NCBI GenBank assembly: GCA_937625935.1
Contig: OW569349.1
Location: 604,303-668,302 of the forward strand
Length of the DNA stretch: 64,000 nucleotides
Source of the DNA: Tetramitus jugosus
Lineage: Eukaryota > Protista > Heterolobosea
Reading direction: 5' to 3'
Part shown: positions 11,515 to 21,703 of the stretch, one piece after another
Position numbering within the stretch: position 1 is the stretch's first letter
How the letters are laid out: each line of letters begins with the position of its first letter
The notes under the pieces: model-generated
The model's input: the letters and a program-made list of their open reading frames with translations, nothing else
What the model was told of the DNA's origin: nothing
Database searches by the model: none
Program-made: the position numbers and the translations under genes

Positions 11515-14500
11515 ATGACGGCAACAGAAAACAACCAATTGTCGTCATCGCTACAACAACATGACGACAATACTCACAACACTAACAATAACAATAGTGG
11601 AAGTCTATTGTCAGGTGAAATTGCATTGGCTGCTTCCTTGGCAGCATCAAGCAACAACAAGAAACAATTTTTGGCTCGTTTTGGTGTTTTTCTCAAGGCC
11701 TGTCGATACCTGATACTGCTCGTTTTGTTCCTGTTGGGCATTCGAACTGGTTTTCACACGTTTTTGCACAGAAATCAGTTTAGCTCCAGTGTAACAAACA
11801 CGTTGTGTTCTCAGATGGATACTGAACAGCAATTAAGACCATTTTTGCTGCCAAGAAAGAGTAATTCCACCTATCTAGGCTCAGTGCTCGGTCGTCCCAT
11901 GACCTCTGTGTGGTCCTCGAAGGAACTGAACCGTTTTCGCGAAGAGGATCACGTTTGCGATTTGCCGCCAAAGTTCCAATTCAAGAAATTTTTGTGGTTT
12001 TTGACGGATGGCTTGCCTGTAAAGTATTCTAGGAAGACGTTGACTCATTTTGCGGCCAACTCTGTTTTGTATACGATTGATATACCGGGTCCAAAGTATT
12101 CTCATGCCATTTATACGAGTTATTTAACTGGTCAACTGCCAACCAATTATCAAGGAACTCCGATTGATGGAGATTCGTTGATTAAGAGCATGCAGAGAAG
12201 TCCTTCGATTGGTCCATTGACGTACATTGGCCCAGAGTGGAGTTTTTTGGCCATCTCTGGTAAACAAAACTATGAACACTTGTTCAAGAGAATCATCAAT
12301 AAGCCTGAGCCTTTGGATCAGCCTCATGACAGAGCCTATCGATTCTTCTTCCAGGATCAGCCATCAAAAGATTGGTTCAAGAGTACTCTGGACTATATTG
12401 ATGCAGAGGGTGGATCTCTGTTCACTCACTCTGCCATCTTTGATCACATTAATCACGGTGTGTTCAGAAACAATCCTACCAACACAAAGTATCTGGACTT
12501 TTTGGCAAATCGTATTGCTGATGATATCAATACGCTCAAGCAATGGGTGGACCAGCATCCAGACTATTTGCTCATTTTGTCTTCGGATCATGGTTGCGAC
12601 GATGTGTCAAACGGTTATGTTCTCCATGGTTATTCCACCAATGGTAACGAAGGTTACGTCATGCTCTACAATCCAAATTTGGTGCCACATCAAGAGCGTG
12701 TCGATGTAGTCGATGTTGCACCTACGATTGCAAAGTACTTGGACAAGGTAGATATTCCAGCAGATAACATTGGTGTCACGCGTGCCTACTATGGTTCCAC
12801 ACCTGAGGATTTGAAGTACAAGGGAAATGCACTGAAGCAAAATATGATTCAATTGGCCGATACTTCCAACCGAAGAGGTGTTCCTAATATCAAGTATGAC
12901 ACAATCAACAATCTCATCAAGATGAGTGCTGAGAAGGGAGCTGGATTCGTGAGTGATGGTTCACTCAATATTCGATTGAACCAATCCCTGACCGCAATGA
13001 AGATGAATCTGTACAAGTTATTGCACAAGCCATATAGTTGGGTTGTATTCTATGCCGTACAATCATTTGTGGTCATGATGCTCATTCTGTACCGATACAA
13101 CTACAATACTCTCTTATTGATGGCCAAGGGATACATCCTCAAGGGAATCAAGTTGCTCCTCTTCATGTTTCCACTTTATTTTGGAGCATTCTTGAATATT
13201 TTGTTCGTGTGGGATTCATGGAAGGGTATTATTCGTTCTGGAGGACCATTCTACGTGTGGCACGCATATCTTGCACTCGTCGTGTTTTATTTGCTGTTCA
13301 GAGTAGGTATTACATCGGAGGAGAAGGACAAGAAGAGAGTTCTGGGCACTGGTAAGAACTTTTTGTGGCACACGCTGATCGATATCACTTGGTTCATGTT
13401 GTTCACACTGTTTAGAAAGCAGTGGAAGTGGGTGTTTGATATCAAGGCGATCTCTTTAGTTCCTTATGGTCTGTTGGTCCTATTTATTCTCATGACATCA
13501 CACATTAGCATTGTCAGTGTTCTATTATTACCATTCAGACTGATTCGGAAGATACTGAAGAGACCACTTCCAACCAATCCACAAGTTCAACCAAAGAAGG
13601 ACTATGTTCATTTGGTTGTGTCATTGGCATTGCTCGGTTTGATTATTTTGTTCGAACTCACGAGTGCAAAGGGTACTAGCAGCAGAGAAGAGAAGGAGAT
13701 GTACATCAAGTACTATAACATTGGTGGTTTCCACATATTCTTTGCTCTGTTCCTTGCCCTGAACCTTATTTATTTCATTGTCACACTTTTGTTGGGAACA
13801 AATGATTTGGACAGATTGGTCATTCCTGTTACCTTGTACGCGTTTGCTATTATGAGAGACACACCACATGGCAGAGTATTGACGACGGTACTCAACTTGC
13901 AGTACTTGATATTGTTGGTTCCATTGATACAGAGAGTGAACCACATGGCCGCACAACACAGACGACAAGCGAAGAAGAAGATGATGAATCTGCCTGAGAA
14001 GTCAATTGTTTTGTTAATTTCGAACTCGCATGCTTGGGATCTGCTTCAGCAAGCTATCATTCTATTCGCTTTGAATCAACCATTGTATCAACTAGTTGTT
14101 GGTAAGGAAGAGAAGTTGAATGTGGATGCTCATCCTTTTGCAGGTGCTATCGGTATGAGATCTCATCAAGAGTATCCATCTTTCAATGCATTCCAAATGG
14201 CATTCGAAAAGTGGCACACCATTGTTCTCTTTACACTCTTCTTGTGGAAGGTTATACACAAGACTCCAGAAGACCTAGCTGTCGCAAATCAACAAGTTCA
14301 ATCTGCTCAAACCAAGACACCTCAAAGAAAGTTGAGATTGACAGATGCTGAGAGAGAAGAAGATAGAGTGTACAATACTGACCTTGCCATTACAACAAAT
14401 GCCTTGCTGCTCTTCAATGCCAATGGTTTCTTGCAGCTCATGCTGTGTTTCATTGGTATGAACCATCCATTCGAAGACAGTGTAGTGTACTTGATTGTTA

Positions 14501-14766
14501 TGTCACTAATGGGAGCTCTGTTTACTCTCTTCCATTTGATCACACAGTACTTCTCGTTGGCCAAGATTGTTCAATTCTTCCGCAGAAGTAACACCCATGC
14601 GCACAAGTCTGCTGTTCTACCCAGAACATCCACCTCTGCTGTCGACAAGGACAAGGAACCATTGTTGCCACTGGATTCAAAGATGGCATCCTTGCACTCT
14701 GCTTCTGCGACCACAACCAGTGTCAGCAACAGAAAACAACATTCACTAGATGCTAAGGACCATTAA
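11515..14766 (+). CDS. GPI ethanolamine-phosphate transferase-like protein (alkaline phosphatase superfamily domain + multi-pass membrane domain)
   Basis: FLTDGLP, PGPKYSH..YLTG, DHINH, SSDHG and HG metal-ligand motifs after one TM helix, followed by many hydrophobic segments. Confidence 0.72.
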   Translation: MTATENNQLSSSLQQHDDNTHNTNNNNSGSLLSGEIALAASLAASSNNKKQFLARFGVFLKACRYLILLVLFLLGIRTGFHTFLHRNQFSSSVTNTLCSQMDTEQQLRPFLLPRKSNSTYLGSVLGRPMTSVWSSKELNRFREEDHVCDLPPKFQFKKFLWFLTDGLPVKYSRKTLTHFAANSVLYTIDIPGPKYSHAIYTSYLTGQLPTNYQGTPIDGDSLIKSMQRSPSIGPLTYIGPEWSFLAISGKQNYEHLFKRIINKPEPLDQPHDRAYRFFFQDQPSKDWFKSTLDYIDAEGGSLFTHSAIFDHINHGVFRNNPTNTKYLDFLANRIADDINTLKQWVDQHPDYLLILSSDHGCDDVSNGYVLHGYSTNGNEGYVMLYNPNLVPHQERVDVVDVAPTIAKYLDKVDIPADNIGVTRAYYGSTPEDLKYKGNALKQNMIQLADTSNRRGVPNIKYDTINNLIKMSAEKGAGFVSDGSLNIRLNQSLTAMKMNLYKLLHKPYSWVVFYAVQSFVVMMLILYRYNYNTLLLMAKGYILKGIKLLLFMFPLYFGAFLNILFVWDSWKGIIRSGGPFYVWHAYLALVVFYLLFRVGITSEEKDKKRVLGTGKNFLWHTLIDITWFMLFTLFRKQWKWVFDIKAISLVPYGLLVLFILMTSHISIVSVLLLPFRLIRKILKRPLPTNPQVQPKKDYVHLVVSLALLGLIILFELTSAKGTSSREEKEMYIKYYNIGGFHIFFALFLALNLIYFIVTLLLGTNDLDRLVIPVTLYAFAIMRDTPHGRVLTTVLNLQYLILLVPLIQRVNHMAAQHRRQAKKKMMNLPEKSIVLLISNSHAWDLLQQAIILFALNQPLYQLVVGKEEKLNVDAHPFAGAIGMRSHQEYPSFNAFQMAFEKWHTIVLFTLFLWKVIHKTPEDLAVANQQVQSAQTKTPQRKLRLTDAEREEDRVYNTDLAITTNALLLFNANGFLQLMLCFIGMNHPFEDSVVYLIVMSLMGALFTLFHLITQYFSLAKIVQFFRRSNTHAHKSAVLPRTSTSAVDKDKEPLLPLDSKMASLHSASATTTSVSNRKQHSLDAKDH

Positions 14767-14942
14767 ACGGGAACCATTTTACAATCAACCTTCTGTAGTT
14801 TCTCTTGATTTCTCCGCCATGTTCGCAGCTCAATGTTCCTTCCAGCCTGAGCTTGACCTCGTTTCTCAAGATATGCAAAAACGACAACAAAACAACAACG
14901 AGAGCCACAAGACAACATCAACTAACATTTTACAAACTTAAC

Positions 14943-15572
14943 ATGTCCTCTTCCAAATCCAAACAAAAGGGAAAAGCATCCGCATCCAGCAATGCAAAGA
15001 ATGAACAATGGGTCATCTTACTCATGGGATTTCCAGGTGCAGGCAAGGTATGAATCAGAATCGTTCGTTATTGTTGTTGTTTGCTCTCCGTTTGTACTCA
15101 CTCGCCAATCATTAACATGTAGAGCTATGTGGCGAAACAGTTGGAGTCCAAGCACGGCTACATTCGAATCAACCAGGACGAACTCGGATCAGCAGACGAA
15201 TGCAAGAAAATGTTGGCAAAGTCGTTAAAGCACGGAAAGTCAGTGTGCATCGATCGGTGCAACATTCATCCCAAGGAACGAAAAATGTGGATCAATGAGA
15301 CGAGAATGATATTGAATGACAAGTCGTTTCGCAACTTTGACTTGATATGGTTGAGTACATCGGTCGAAGAGTGCAAACGGAGAGCAAAGGAACGAAAGAA
15401 TCACCCAACGTTGGACATTGACAAGGCAGATGAAGTCATTGACGAGTTTGCCAAAGGATTTAAACCGCCGCAGACATTTGAAGGATTTGTAAACTTGTTT
15501 AATGTGTTTGATACGGCGAGTGCCAATGTAACATTGACTTCCCTGTCCAAACGTTCCATCATTACCAAATAA
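14943..15572 (+). CDS. Small P-loop kinase (AAA_33 / polynucleotide-kinase-like); intron 15048-15122
   Basis: Splicing restores Walker A GFPGAGK|SYVA. Also RINQDELG, IDRCN, CKRRAKERKNHPT and PPQTFEGF. Confidence 0.85.
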
Positions 15573-15680
15573 AACAGTCATACTCCCTATCTATCACACC
15601 TAACACAACCTCTATGTGGTCGGATAAAAAAACACTGCTTTTTTCACAACTCGAACAACAAACAGAATCAAAGAAGAAGC

Positions 15681-16364
15681 ATGAACAATTTGCCAGGTAC
15701 ACCAACCAAACGGAGGAGACTTGCAGCAGCCAATTCCTTGTTGCAAGAACAGCAACAAACGACCAATGTGGATTCACCAACTGTGCAAAGCAGCAGAGTA
15801 CGAAAATCGATCAATTTTCCAAATCAACCGCTCGCTCATCACGCGAATCATTTTCTGGCGCGCCAAAAACTTTCTACGATCACGAATAACCCGCCCATTG
15901 TCGAACAGCAACAAGAGGACGATGAAGCGCGGACGGAGCGGAAAAACGATCTAAAAGTGTTCGAGGAGACACTACGGACGAAATTGATTGAAAGCATAAG
16001 GGTGGGTCAACGATATGAGCTTTTGTTGATTGGAATCATTGTGTTGATCCTCTGTTCAACATGTTTGTGGTTATTCAGTAGCTTTAGCTATTCAAGGCAT
16101 GTTTTTCTGTTTTCTATTGCTACTGTAGCATTCTTCATGCTGAGTGGCGGTTATGCCAAGATTCAAAAGCCAAAGGTCTTGTTGAATCAAATGAACAGAG
16201 TCCTTAGAGTGTTCCATGTTCGTTTCAACATTACAAAGCTAAAGCTCGTGCGGTTGAAAACGAAACAGAGCACACAGCCCACACCACACTCTGCAGAGGA
16301 AATTGCGACATCGTTCGGAAGTGGACTCCCTGGAATTCTTGATGGTGTCGGTGGTCGAAACTAA
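15681..16364 (+). CDS. Spo7/CNEP1R1-like regulatory subunit of the Nem1 (CTDNEP1) phosphatase
   Basis: DLKVFEETLR resembles CNEP1R1 DLKAFERRL. It is followed by two TM helices and KIQKPKVLLNQMNRVLRVF. Confidence 0.7.
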   Translation: MNNLPGTPTKRRRLAAANSLLQEQQQTTNVDSPTVQSSRVRKSINFPNQPLAHHANHFLARQKLSTITNNPPIVEQQQEDDEARTERKNDLKVFEETLRTKLIESIRVGQRYELLLIGIIVLILCSTCLWLFSSFSYSRHVFLFSIATVAFFMLSGGYAKIQKPKVLLNQMNRVLRVFHVRFNITKLKLVRLKTKQSTQPTPHSAEEIATSFGSGLPGILDGVGGRN

Positions 16365-17645
16365 AAACTCTGTGAATACTTGTGCTCTCTATGAGATCAC
16401 ATCTTGGAAGAGCAATCCTGTCGCAGCTCCAATAAAAAACAGGATGAGAATTTAACAACACTTTAACCTTTCTTGATAGCAACAAGGAGAATAGGTGAAC
16501 TCGAATCTCGAAAAGTAACTACCTGAGGAAATTGTGACGTCGACAATAGTTGCTATGTATACCTTAAGATAACCATAGGTATCTCATTCAAGATGCAAAC
16601 GGCTTTGCGTGTACGGGTTGTAACACTGTTGTCGATATCCGAGTAATAACAGAGGCAGTATGAAAACGCTGTGACAGTAAGAGTGTTTGAATTGTGAGCG
16701 GGTTCTTTGCTTCTAGAATGCTTTACTCATCGTACAACGTTCTCGCAAAGTTTTGACGTCATGAACATCATTGGAATTGGTTGCTCAGCTCCACATCGAT
16801 GATCCAAGAAAAAGTGTTCTGTTGTTTAAAAGATGAAATGGGACAGCAACTCGGAATAGAGCGCGATCCCACAAGCCACTTTGTGACTTTGAACTGTGAA
16901 GGTTTGTTCAACTTGGTAGTGATTCGAATAAAATTCTCGATTCATCAGTGCAGCTTAAATCCTCAGCTAACACATGACTCCTTTCCCGAGCAATTATGGT
17001 TTCACTGAGGATTTTCCGAGATTGAAGTACCGATTACTTGGAACGATTCGACAGTAACTCGAGATCGGTGTGCTTCATTGAAGTTAAAAGGCATTGTATG
17101 CTAATGAGAAGACATCCAGCAACACTTTTATCTCCCATACAGACAATCAGACTCAAGCCTCCGCCGGGTTCTCGTTTTCTGTCGTTGCTCAGATCTGGTG
17201 GAGAGGGTGAGAGTTTTTTTGGCTCTTTTTTTTAATAAAGTGGCTCTCCACTTCACTCAGTTCGTCGAGTGATATTGAGACCGTTTCATTGTAAGCAACA
17301 GTACAATTTTTTGCTTTTAAAGTTGCTGCTCTTCTCACTCATGACTTTCAGCAGCACTCGCAACAAAAACACCATAACAGCTACCACCAGCAATACACAA
17401 TGCCACAAGAGCTTTAGGCCACAAGCATCATGTCATCAAAATCATTGATCGAAGAACCAGTTCCCACTACCAATGACCTACAACAACAAGAAGAAGAGCA
17501 ATATATCCGGTTCAATCTCGGGCACGAAATGAACTAGGTGAGCTTGAGAAGTGCTGATAGCTGTTTAGAGCTCGTTTCCATACTGACCAATGGAACGTCA
17601 AGTTGTCGCCTGCCAAGTCCATCATTGCTTAGAGTCGGCGGCCAA

Positions 17646-17759
17646 TTTTTTTTTCCATACAACAGTTGCCACTTTATTCAATTCACTACTATGAGACATG
17701 TCGTCACTCAGGACCGCGGGTTCTGAGCTATTGCGCAGGTCTCTTTAGCTAACGAGGTC
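17646..17759 (-). mobile_element. 114-bp 5'-truncated non-LTR retroelement 3' end (element A) upstream of 5S rRNA copy 1
   Basis: Its reverse complement aligns with the 3' end of element B (ORF2 stop CAATAG, hairpin GCTCAGAACC.., AATAAA, GTTGTATGG, A9). Perfect 11-bp TSD TCGGCGGCCAA at 17635-17645 and 17760-17770. Confidence 0.9.
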
Positions 17760-17794
17760 TCGGCGGCCAAACGTTGTGAAAAAACAAGGTAAAT

Positions 17795-17914
17795 GTCTAC
17801 GTTCATACAATGGTGGAACCACCTCTTCCCATTTCGAATAGAGAAGTTAAGCACCATCTGGCTGAGTTAGTATTGAGATAGGAGACTACTCGAGAACCCT
17901 CAGTAATGTAGGCT
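17795..17914 (+). rRNA. 5S rRNA gene (dispersed copy 1, intact)
   Basis: GTCTACGTTCATAC...GAAGTTAAGC...GTTAGTA...GGAGAC...TGTAGGC, about 119 nt. Helix I GTCTAC/GTAGGC. Followed by a TTTT Pol III terminator. Confidence 0.95.
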
Positions 17915-17989
17915 TTTGCAATTTTGTTGCCCAACATCAACCGAGAGCGAGCCGTAGTCAGATGCGGGACAAATTAATGCCCTTTGCTG

Positions 17990-18369
17990 GGACGTGTGGT
18001 CAACCGTCATTGAATTTTTGTGGCACTCGAGAATGGCTTCAATTGAGCTACACGTGCCAAGGAATCAATCAATTCAAATTCAATCGATTGCTCATGTCCA
18101 ACAAGGTGAGAAAACCCAAGAGGGCATTGAACAATAAAGAAATTAACAACTGGTATCGATTGGGAAGACGAACATTGTTTAATGTTCAATTATACAATCG
18201 TAATGTAGTGGATAAGCATTTTCAATACTTGGAAGGCGTTCACACTCGATTATTGTTATCAAATAACAAACAAAGCATTTATCCATTTGGTTGGCATTCA
18301 CACATTGAATATGGCTGGTTGTACGCAAATTACAGACGATGCAATCATTCATTTGAAAGCTATTCATAC
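17990..18369 (+). pseudogene. Truncated, frameshifted paralogue of the F-box/LRR gene at 19852-20928
   Basis: FCGTREWLQLSYTCQGINQFKFNRLLMSNK is nearly identical to FCDTREWLQLSYTCKGINQFKFNRLFMSNK. Degenerate LRRs follow, then an abrupt junction with 5S copy 2. Confidence 0.85.
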
Positions 18370-18484
18370 ACATTACTGAGGGTTCTCGAGTAGTCTCCTA
18401 TCTCAATACTAACTCAGCCAGATGGTGCTTAACTTCTCTATTCGAAATGGGAAGAGGTGGTTCCACCATTGTATGAACGTAGAC
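18370..18484 (-). rRNA. 5S rRNA copy 2, 3'-truncated (lacks terminal AGGC and the T-run terminator)
   Basis: Exact reverse complement of 17795-17909 (115 nt identical). Confidence 0.92.
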
Positions 18485-18522
18485 ACCATTAATGAATAAT
18501 AGCCCTATGTCCGCGTGTTCCA

Positions 18523-19288
18523 GAAGTGTTGATAGGTGATAGAGCGTTGAGCAACACAAATGTCAGAGAGGGTCGAGAGGAGCATCTCGTGCAGATGAGG
18601 CAAAATCGATTGAATCTGAGCCTGAATGGATGTTGGAGGCTGAATTACAGAAAGTAAGTGAGTGGAATGAATTCCTCAAGTGCCCGTTCGGTCTAGAAAG
18701 AAATGAACTGTGGTTTTACCACCAAGTCAGAAGTGGTACGCTCCACACAAAGACTGTACTGCGTGACTTGTATGAGCCGTTGATAGAGATCATGTGTGCT
18801 CACTGCGGGAGCGCGCCAGAGACTATTGCCCACCTACTAGTGGAATGTGATGAAGCCAAAAGGGCAAGAAAGGAACTGGTTGAGGAATTCAAGGCCAAAT
18901 TGGACAAGCTGGAGTTTATGAGGCCAGCCAAGTTAAAGATATGGTTCGATGTTGTGGTTTACGATGACGGGAAATTGGTACCGCTAAGTCCAAGTCGTTC
19001 CACTGAAGAAATCCTGGCAGGGTTAATGGGAAAAGAGGATGACCAGAAGGATGTGTTGATGAAGGAGCTGGTTGTGCACGGTCGCAAGAAGAGGGAAACA
19101 AAAGTTAAAAGGCTGGTGAATGCAATGAAGAGGTCTTGCATCAAACGGTTACACAAAGTCTGGAGAGACTCAGTAGCGAAGAGATGTGAACAATAGCTCA
19201 GAACCTGCGGTTCTGAGCGACAACACGTCTCACTGTAGTGTATAGAATAAAGGGGCAACAAATGTTGTATGGAGGAAAAAAAAAAAAA
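18523..19288 (+). mobile_element. 766-bp 5'-truncated LINE (L1/Tx1-type ORF2 C-terminus, element B) upstream of 5S copy 2
   Basis: ORF 18630-19196 contains the zf-RVT-like motif CAHCGSAPETIAHLLVEC. 3' UTR has a hairpin, AATAAA, GTTGTATGGAGG and A13. Perfect 14-bp TSD GTCCGCGTGTTCCA at 18509-18522 and 19289-19302. Confidence 0.92.
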
Positions 19289-19302
19289 GTCCGCGTGTTC
19301 CA

Positions 19303-19567
19303 ATCTTTAATCTGAAGATGTGGCCATCACCAATGGTATGGTAGCCAATGGAATGGAGTCAAAGCAACCGAAAAGACAGCCAATAATTTATGTGAGTCCC
19401 ATGACTCTCCTTCACCTCTTCACCACAGCAATAGCGAAACAGCAATGAAGCTCTGCGAGTACTATTGAGAATTAATCAGGTGACCAAGGGCCATGGCTCT
19501 TCGGACGATGGCTGAAGAAAACAAAAGACAATAGAGTGAGCAACCGAAATGGTTGTATTAAAAAAAA
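19303..19567 (+). mobile_element. Older decayed retroelement 3' end (element C) stacked behind element B
   Basis: Ends CAATAGAGTGAGCAACCGAAATGGTTGTATT-A8, matching the family terminus. Only a degenerate TSD candidate (TCCAATCTTTAATC / TCCAGCATTTAATC). Confidence 0.55.
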
Positions 19568-19851
19568 TCCAGCATTTAATCCTTGGTGAGCAAGGTAGAC
19601 ATTTGGTTGTAGATAGAAGGATCTGATGATAACGCGGTGAAGATGACAACGGAATCTATGGCTCAAGGAGACGAAGAACCACCATAAGTGTTTAACTTTT
19701 ATGCCTATTTTAAATGACAGCAGTCATCGAATCAATTGAGCCGGCACTTGGGAATGAAACCACATTGTCACCCTTTTCTTGATTCCTTTTTGTCGTAGAA
19801 ACGGAGACGAAACTCATTAACAAGTTCGAGTAGCACAAACAAAGACAGGTA

Positions 19852-20928
19852 TCAGGGCACGTTTCTCTTCATTCCAATAAGAGTTATTGAACTGGACTCA
19901 CAATACTCAACCACCTTTTCGATGAAAACATTGTCTCGTCGACTGTTAGACCAACTGAGCGTGTGAATACCATTCAAATAAAATAATGCCCTCTCTGTGA
20001 TCGATTCTTGATTGCATCCATTCAAATTCAGTGCGTGGATACCTGACAAATGAGAAAACGCATTGTCTGTGATGTTAGTGCAACGACTCATCTTGAGTGT
20101 ATGAATACCAGTCAAATAAGGAAATGCATTGTCTGTGATATTTCTGCAATAACTCATATCAAGACTTTGAATACCAGCCAAGTGACAAAATACATTATCT
20201 GTTATTTGATTGCAATCACTCATATCGAGCGTGTGAATGCCAATCAAATGGGAAAATGCATCATCTGTAACTCGATTGCAAGCATTCATGGAGAGCATGT
20301 GAATTCCAGTCAAATGACAAAATGCACTATCGGTGATTTGATTGCAGCCATTCATGTAGAGCGTGTGAATGCCCTTCAAGTACGGAAATGCCCTGTCTGT
20401 GATATTTTTGCAGTAACTCATATGCAGTGTGTGAATTCCGGTCAAATGAGCACATGCTTTGTCTGTAATTTGGTCACAATAACTCATATGGAGTTCGTGA
20501 ATGCCACTCAAATGACAAAATGCATTGTCTGTGACTCTACTGCCACCGTACATATAGAGTGTATGGATACCTTTCAAAAATTGAAAATGCTCATCCGTCA
20601 CATCCGGATGCCAATTTACCCCAACATTGAACAGCGTTCCTCTGTTCAATCGAAGCCAGTATCCAATTCTTTTAGGACTCAACTCACGTATTAAAGTTCT
20701 TCTCTTGTTGGACATGAATAATCGATTGAACTTGAATTGATTAATCCCTTTGCAAGTGTAACTCAGTTGCAACCACTCCCGAGTGTCACAAAACTCTATA
20801 ATTTTTGACCAGGCATCCCTACAAAGCACAGAATTAATTTCAATCGAACAAAGTCTCCTCCTTCGTTTGGTTTTCACATTCTTACTGTTGGCCTTGCGCT
20901 CCTTCTGCATCATATTCTGTTGTTCCAT
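19852..20928 (-). CDS. F-box-like + leucine-rich repeat protein (about ten 22-aa LRRs)
   Basis: F-box-like LCRDAWSKIIEFCDTREWLQLSYTCK, then tandem LxGIHTLxMSxCxxITDxAFxx repeats with a 66-bp nucleotide period. First ATG near the N-terminus taken at 20928. Confidence 0.85.
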   Translation of the reverse strand: MEQQNMMQKERKANSKNVKTKRRRRLCSIEINSVLCRDAWSKIIEFCDTREWLQLSYTCKGINQFKFNRLFMSNKRRTLIRELSPKRIGYWLRLNRGTLFNVGVNWHPDVTDEHFQFLKGIHTLYMYGGSRVTDNAFCHLSGIHELHMSYCDQITDKACAHLTGIHTLHMSYCKNITDRAFPYLKGIHTLYMNGCNQITDSAFCHLTGIHMLSMNACNRVTDDAFSHLIGIHTLDMSDCNQITDNVFCHLAGIQSLDMSYCRNITDNAFPYLTGIHTLKMSRCTNITDNAFSHLSGIHALNLNGCNQESITERALFYLNGIHTLSWSNSRRDNVFIEKVVEYCESSSITLIGMKRNVP

Positions 20929-21144
20929 TTCTTTTTTTTCTCTGAGCGGGATTTCTGGACCTTGCTCAAGCCAGAAAGGAACTCTTTGACTCCTGTCAAT
21001 GTATTTCGGTCCAGCCAAAAACTTGATCCACGAACCATCCAATAAACATCGATTGCCGCTGATCATCGCAGAGTATGACCAAGCGTATGAACCCTTCAAA
21101 AAGAGGTACTAATGCTTGGAGCTCAATGTTTTCTGCTCAGAACT

Positions 21145-21703
21145 CATGGAAAAGTGAGTCTATTTGATCAAATAGACGGACGGAGTTAAACTTGTAGAAA
21201 ATGCTAGAAACAACCTGTTAGATCGTCAAAGTTGAACATGTACAGCGAGTGTGGGGATCTCGACAAAGCTTTGGAGATGACTCCATGAAACCAGATGATT
21301 CACTCATAGAATGTATGGTGGACATCCTTTCTCGGGCAGAACGTATGGATGAAGCAGAGAAACACGACTCTAATCGAAAAGGATTCAATGATTGCATTGA
21401 GAGCGCTTCTTCGTGCTTGTCGATCTCGTATGGATATCGTCCGAGATGACCGAGCGTTCAACCAAACACAAGTTGGATGTGTCAAGTGAAGAAGAAAAGA
21501 AACGATTATTGAGTTTAAATGGTGAAGAATAGCAATAGGATATGCTCAATTGAAAACTTCAGAGAAAATTGCCAGAATTTTCGAGTTGTGGTGACTGTCG
21601 TCAAGTACATCTCAATGGTTACCGGTCGTGAGCTTATTGTTCGTGACGCGAATCGGTTGCATCACTTTACTCCAGATGGAAGTGCTCCCGCAAAGATTTC
21701 TGG
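21145..21703 (+). pseudogene. Decayed PLS-class PPR protein with E and DYW deaminase domains
   Basis: Colinear frame-shifted fragments: LNMYSECGDLDKAL; CMVDILSRAERMDEAEK; ALLRACR; EEEKKRLL..E(R)IAIGY; NFRV(C)GDC; KYISMVTGRELIVRDANRLHHF..DG; KCSRKDFW. Confidence 0.85.

Noticed and set aside
16500-17200. Possible minus-strand PPR-like remnant (e.g. KAVCILNEIP)
   Set aside because: Similarity is too weak and fragmentary to call by eye.
19852-20600. 66-bp periodic repeats resembling a CRISPR or satellite array
   Set aside because: They are coding LRR units with no spacers or cas genes, in a eukaryotic context.
20050-20694. 214-aa + strand repetitive ORF
   Set aside because: Antisense reading of the LRR tandem repeats.
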